Below, one piece after another: positions 37,727 to 41,966 of a stretch of 41,966 nt of DNA. Positions within the stretch are counted from its first letter, which is position 1, and each line of letters opens with the position of its first letter. Origin of the DNA: Desulfobacterales bacterium (GTDB lineage Bacteria; Desulfobacterota; Desulfobacteria; Desulfobacterales; JAHEIW01); assembly GCA_050122495.1 (NCBI GenBank), contig JASFIU010000003.1:1-41966 (forward strand). Reading direction: 5' to 3'. A program made the position numbers and the translations under genes. The notes below the pieces were generated by a model. It was not told where the DNA came from. It saw only the letters and a list, made by a program, of their open reading frames with translations, and searched no databases.

Positions 37727-38589
37727 GAGCCATCCCACAGGTTGAGCTGCCGGAGAAGAGAAAAAGGATCTGAGATATGTCGCGCCAACCAGCGTTCAAC
37801 CCCGGCGAGGTTATGGGCCAGTCCAATCAGTTCGGTAAAGTAATAGATCGGGAAAGAAAACCGTTTGCCCCAATCCGCTCCGATCGATTCCTGATGCATG
37901 TCCAGATTGGCCTGGCACATCTGGCAGGATACGACAATCGCCTGGGCATCGACCCGCTGAGCCATATCATAGAGCTTTCCCACCAGGCTCGAAACGATGT
38001 CCCGGCGCGAGAACACCTGACTGGCGCCACAACAGTCGGTTTTGTACGGCCACGGAATTGGCGTGGCACCCAGATTCTGAATGATGCGATCCAGCGCCTG
38101 TGGATTTTCAGTGTCGGTTGCCTCGGTGATCTCCGGCGGGCGGTTGGCCATACAGCCGTAATAGCATACGACCTTTAAACCCTCCAGCGGTTTGCTTATG
38201 TTTTTGGCCATTAATTTTAACATGGGTTCGGTGGACAGAAAATTTGCCAGATCCCATACGTTGGGCACGGAAGCTTCCAGCTGGATATCGTAACGCTTTG
38301 CGAAATCCTGATTGAGTGCCCAGATTGCCGTTTTGAGTCGATTGAAACACATGGGGCAGGGAACCAGCATGTCCGGGTGCGGAAGACTGGCAGCCAGATT
38401 CAGCGTTCGACCGGCCAGTTCGACGCTTGCCTGATGATCGATGCTGTGGGCGGCGGTTGCTCCGCAACAATTCCAATCGGGAATCTCTTCTAATTGAATG
38501 TCCAGAGAAGTGCAAATTCCGATGATAGATTCAGCGTAATCTCTTGCGGTTCCTTCCAGCGAACAGCCGGGATAATAGGTTGCCTTCAT
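37723..38589 (-). CDS. hdrB: Heterodisulfide reductase subunit B
   Basis: YYPGCSL, WNCCGA, PCPMC, YYGC, DCCGAS, SCQMCQANLD. Confidence 0.93.
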   Translation of the reverse strand: MKATYYPGCSLEGTARDYAESIIGICTSLDIQLEEIPDWNCCGATAAHSIDHQASVELAGRTLNLAASLPHPDMLVPCPMCFNRLKTAIWALNQDFAKRYDIQLEASVPNVWDLANFLSTEPMLKLMAKNISKPLEGLKVVCYYGCMANRPPEITEATDTENPQALDRIIQNLGATPIPWPYKTDCCGASQVFSRRDIVSSLVGKLYDMAQRVDAQAIVVSCQMCQANLDMHQESIGADWGKRFSFPIYYFTELIGLAHNLAGVERWLARHISDPFSLLRQLNLWDGS

Positions 38590-39173
38590 GATGGATACGA
38601 TCTCTTTTTATGACGACCCAGTATTTTGCGGACCTCTTTTTTTCCTTTGATTGTTTTAGTAAGCACCGGAAATCTTTTTTTGCGGATCATCTGCCAGCCC
38701 AGCTTGATTTCATACCGCCAGGTGCCGGTCTGCCATAACCTCAGGAACTCACCGCTTCGCAAGAAATATTGCGGTAGGAAGGTTGTCTCAAATGCCCGGC
38801 CCCATCTCTTTACATCTTTTAAGAAGGCGTCATGCAAGGTTAGGATCTTTGGCTGGGGGCTAGGGATGCCTTTTTGAATGGCCATTTCTTTGAGACCATC
38901 CATGAGTTCGGCAATTTTAACGTCATTCGGACAACGCGTTGTGCATGTTTCGCATGCGGCGCACACCCAAATCGTGTGACAACTCAGCACAACTTCGGGT
39001 TGCCCGATAATCACGAGGCGGATCACCTCGTCCGGATAAAGATCCATGGCAAAGGTGACCGGACAGCCATTGGTGCACTTGCGACATTGGAAACAGGCGC
39101 CTGCCTGATAGGGTCCGGCAGCTTCAAGCTGCTCTAAAAAGTGATAGTCCGGAATTAACGTTTTCTGAGACAT
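38586..39173 (-). CDS. hdrC: Heterodisulfide reductase subunit C
   Basis: CFQCRKCTNGCP and WVCAACETCTTRCP; ATGA overlap with hdrB. Confidence 0.92.
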   Translation of the reverse strand: MSQKTLIPDYHFLEQLEAAGPYQAGACFQCRKCTNGCPVTFAMDLYPDEVIRLVIIGQPEVVLSCHTIWVCAACETCTTRCPNDVKIAELMDGLKEMAIQKGIPSPQPKILTLHDAFLKDVKRWGRAFETTFLPQYFLRSGEFLRLWQTGTWRYEIKLGWQMIRKKRFPVLTKTIKGKKEVRKILGRHKKRSYPS

Positions 39174-39286
39174 TGATTTTGATCCATTTCCCCAAGCGTT
39201 TGCGCTTGTTAGGCCTACCTGTGGAATAACCTAAATGGCAATTTTAGAGGCTTTTTGTAAGCCCAGGATTAAGGCTGAAAACATTC

Positions 39287-39315
39287 ATTAAAATAGAAGC
39301 GGCTATCTTTGTCAA
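39287..39315 (-). promoter_or_regulatory. Sigma70 promoter of the hdr operon
   Basis: Minus strand TTGACA-N17-TTTAAT. Confidence 0.6.
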
Positions 39316-39338
39316 GGGGAAAAAGCTGGGTGATGCGG

Positions 39339-40259
39339 CTATAATCCATTGGATTTACAAAGGATTAAGCCAAGCGATAAAAGTAAGCTATAAATCAGCG
39401 TGAGTTTGGCTGTTTTTGCGAGTGCTTGATTTAATCCGGGGCCTACTGGGCTTTTCCACATAAGGTGCATTAGCGGTAGCGCCATCGGTAGGGAAAGAAA
39501 CGGCAACAGCACCCAGGCAGACATCCAGCCCCCCAGCCACAGAATTACCGGAATGGTATATGCAATGGCAAGCAACAGCACATACTCGATTCTCGAACGG
39601 CGATCTCCGATGATGACCGCCAGCGTGCGTTTGCCGGTCTGACGATCCGATTGGATATCCCTCAGATTGTTGACCACCAGTATCGCGGTGATCAGCAAAC
39701 CCTCAATCACACCCATTAACCAGACCAGCGGTGTCAGATGCAGGGCTTGAACATAATAGGTGCCGCAAACGGCAACCAAACCGAAGAAAATAAAAACAAA
39801 GAGATCACCCAGTCCGTGGGAGGCCAGGGGGAAGGGGCCGCCGCTATAGGCCAGCGCCGCACAGATACAGGCCAGCCCGATGATGAAAACCGGCAGGCCG
39901 CCTACAGTGATCAGATAGATGCCCGGGATGAGGCTAAGGCCTAATGTCAGCAGCATGCCCGCTTTGACCTGGTTTGCCGGAATCAGCCCGCTTTGGGTCA
40001 CCCGTACCGGCCCCAGACGATCCTGGGTATCAATGCCTTTGCGGTAATCGAAATAATCATTTGCCAGATTGACGCCGATTTGCAACAGCAGGGCCACGCT
40101 CAAAGCGGCACCAGCCGGAAGCCACCCAAAATTTTTGTCCGCCATGGCGATTGCCGATCCCAGTACCACCGGAGCGATGGCGGCCGGCAGCGTGCGGGGA
40201 CGGGCGGCAATCAGCCAGGCGCTTATCTTCCGTTTGTTTTCAGCGTCTTTAGCGTTCAT
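39339..40259 (-). CDS. menA: 1,4-dihydroxy-2-naphthoate polyprenyltransferase
   Basis: AARPRTL, NLANDYFDYRKGID, VNNLRDIQSDRQTGKRTL; start moved to ATG 40259. Confidence 0.95.
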   Translation of the reverse strand: MNAKDAENKRKISAWLIAARPRTLPAAIAPVVLGSAIAMADKNFGWLPAGAALSVALLLQIGVNLANDYFDYRKGIDTQDRLGPVRVTQSGLIPANQVKAGMLLTLGLSLIPGIYLITVGGLPVFIIGLACICAALAYSGGPFPLASHGLGDLFVFIFFGLVAVCGTYYVQALHLTPLVWLMGVIEGLLITAILVVNNLRDIQSDRQTGKRTLAVIIGDRRSRIEYVLLLAIAYTIPVILWLGGWMSAWVLLPFLSLPMALPLMHLMWKSPVGPGLNQALAKTAKLTLIYSLLLSLGLILCKSNGL

Positions 40260-40271
40260 GTGGATCGAAAA

Positions 40272-40399
40272 AAGAATATCGAATGTCAAATAACGAATAT
40301 CCAACCGCAGAAGTTTTAAATTCCCAAAGCATATATTCTACTTCGACATTTGATTCGGCTGAGCTCGTCGCAGGCTACGGTTCCCTGTTCTGCGGTTCA
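40272..40399. repeat. Degenerate heptamer-armed palindrome
   Basis: AGAATATCGAATGTCAAATAACGAATATCCAACCGCAGAAGT ... ACTTCGACATTTGATTC...TTCTGCGGTTCA. Confidence 0.55.
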
Positions 40400-40411
40400 T
40401 GTTTAGTTTTT

Positions 40412-41170
40412 TTAACTGGGTTCTTCGGTCCGATAGCGATTCACCTTCAGCTCCAGATTGTAGATCACAAAATAGAGCACCAAACCCAATAGACTCATGG
40501 CCAGGATGCCCGCATACATTTCAGGGTATCGCAATACCTGGTATGTTTCGACTACGATATAATACCCCAGGCCATGGGTCGTTAATGACTGCTCGGCAAT
40601 AAAGAGCACCGCAATTGCGGTTCCGACCGATACGCGCAACGCCGTCAGCACGGCGGGCAAAGATGCTGGGAAGTAAACATATCTGAAAAGCGCCTTTCGG
40701 CCGGCGCCCAGCGATCGCACCGAAAGAATCAATTCCGGATGTAGATTGGCGGCTTCATCCCTGACCACGACCAGAATCTGGAAAAAGATGATGATGGCGA
40801 TCAGGAATATTTTAGAAATATCGGTGATGCCCATTAAAACATAGATGACCGGCAAAAAAACAATTTTAGGGATCGGGTAAACGATGGCGATCAGGGGTGC
40901 GAAGATGCGATTGACTTTGGGGAGCTGACCCAGCCCCAATCCGATCGGCACCGCGGTGACAACCGCCACCCCGATGGCCGCCAGAACACGACCGGTGCTG
41001 GCTAAAAAGTGAACCCCCAGGCTGCCGAACAAAGAGGCGCCGAATATGGGGAGTACCTCAAGCGGAGAGGGCATGATGGGCCGGCGGATAATCCAGGCCA
41101 GCACCTGCCAGATGGCAAGAAACATCAGCAGGCCGATGACGGCCGCTTGCAAATTTAACCTGCGCATCAT
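40412..41170 (-). CDS. ABC transporter permease, NitT/TauT (SsuC) family
   Basis: MPSP, YPIPKIVFLP, EAA-like SVRSLGA, AEQ..GLGY. Confidence 0.92.
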   Translation of the reverse strand: MMRRLNLQAAVIGLLMFLAIWQVLAWIIRRPIMPSPLEVLPIFGASLFGSLGVHFLASTGRVLAAIGVAVVTAVPIGLGLGQLPKVNRIFAPLIAIVYPIPKIVFLPVIYVLMGITDISKIFLIAIIIFFQILVVVRDEAANLHPELILSVRSLGAGRKALFRYVYFPASLPAVLTALRVSVGTAIAVLFIAEQSLTTHGLGYYIVVETYQVLRYPEMYAGILAMSLLGLVLYFVIYNLELKVNRYRTEEPS

Positions 41171-41946
41171 GTCATTGATCCCAGTAAATCGCGTAAATCT
41201 TCACAGGTGTGCCGGAATTCATCCTGCCCACGGGCATCGGTGAACCCGGCACAGGCATTGTCCATTATCCGGGCTTCCTGATTACAGCCTTTTTGTAGCA
41301 CCAATATTTTTTTGCCCATGACGACGGCGACTTCAATATCATGCGTAACGATAACATAGGTTAAATCGGATTCATGGTGTAACGTGATAATGAAGTTCTG
41401 CAGCTCTTCACGGGTCGGGGCATCCAGGGCTGAAAAGGGTTCATCCAGTAACAGCAGATCCGGCTGCATTGCCAGGGTTCGCGCGATGGCGGTTCGTTGG
41501 CGCTGCCCGCGCGACAGCTGCAGGGGGTATTGATCTTGAAGGTTCTCGATTCCCAATTTTTTGAGCCAGTCGCCAACACGCTGATCGGCCTGATTTGCCA
41601 CCAGTTGTTCGTCGGCAGGGGCGTGTCGGCCGTCGGATCCGTAAAATCCCCAGATGGTAAGGCCCAGGCGGGCATTTTCCCGCACCGTTTGCCAGGGCAA
41701 TAAGCCGTGATCCTGCAACACCAGTCCACTGCGGGGTCGCGGACGGGAAATCGGCTTATCGTCGATGCGAATGGAGCCGGATTGCGGATGGCGCAAGCCG
41801 GCCAGCAAATACAGGAGGGTTGTTTTGCCGCAACCGGAAGGACCGATGATTGAAAGCGCTTCTCCGCGGCTGACATGCAAACTATACCCCTGAAAAATGG
41901 GCGCATGCCCGCTGTAAGCAAAAGTTAAATCGTTTATTGCTATCAT
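41167..41946 (-). CDS. ABC transporter ATP-binding protein, NitT/TauT (SsuB) family
   Basis: GPSGCGKTT, LLPWQTV, signature LSRGQRQR, LLLDEPFSALD, VTHD. Confidence 0.93.
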   Translation of the reverse strand: MIAINDLTFAYSGHAPIFQGYSLHVSRGEALSIIGPSGCGKTTLLYLLAGLRHPQSGSIRIDDKPISRPRPRSGLVLQDHGLLPWQTVRENARLGLTIWGFYGSDGRHAPADEQLVANQADQRVGDWLKKLGIENLQDQYPLQLSRGQRQRTAIARTLAMQPDLLLLDEPFSALDAPTREELQNFIITLHHESDLTYVIVTHDIEVAVVMGKKILVLQKGCNQEARIMDNACAGFTDARGQDEFRHTCEDLRDLLGSMT

Positions 41947-41966
41947 CAGACAATTTTTCCACCTGG

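Overview
Gene-dense chromosomal window from an anaerobic deltaproteobacterium, most likely Desulfobacterales-like (inferred from gene content and repeat style). From left to right it carries: tRNA-Glu(CTC); mltB, radA, rlmE, yebC and lolA; a thioredoxin with two Zn-fingers; a ZraSR/ZraP-like module with a complete sigma54 promoter; an FbpABC/AfuABC-type ABC importer followed by glpAB without glpC; an AT-rich, probably phosphate-starvation island (phoA, PHP phosphoesterase, ino1, small proteins, oriented 11-bp-period Pho-box-like repeats); a glutamate module; hdrC-hdrB-hdrA-mvhD(Sec)-hdrD; and menA behind a NitT/TauT ABC transporter. The best candidate for an undescribed system is the glutamate module at 29.6-33.0 kb. 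It combines a glycine-riboswitch-like RNA with altered pocket bases, a stand-alone FMN glutamate-synthase-family protein, and an intact GDH homologue whose catalytic Lys and Asp are both replaced. Intergenic spaces hold many nested non-autonomous repeats: TA-ended MITEs, IS200/IS605-end (omegaRNA-like) elements and microsatellite-armed palindromes. No CRISPR array, rRNA or full-length transposase was seen. All assignments come from motif recognition by eye; no database searches were run.
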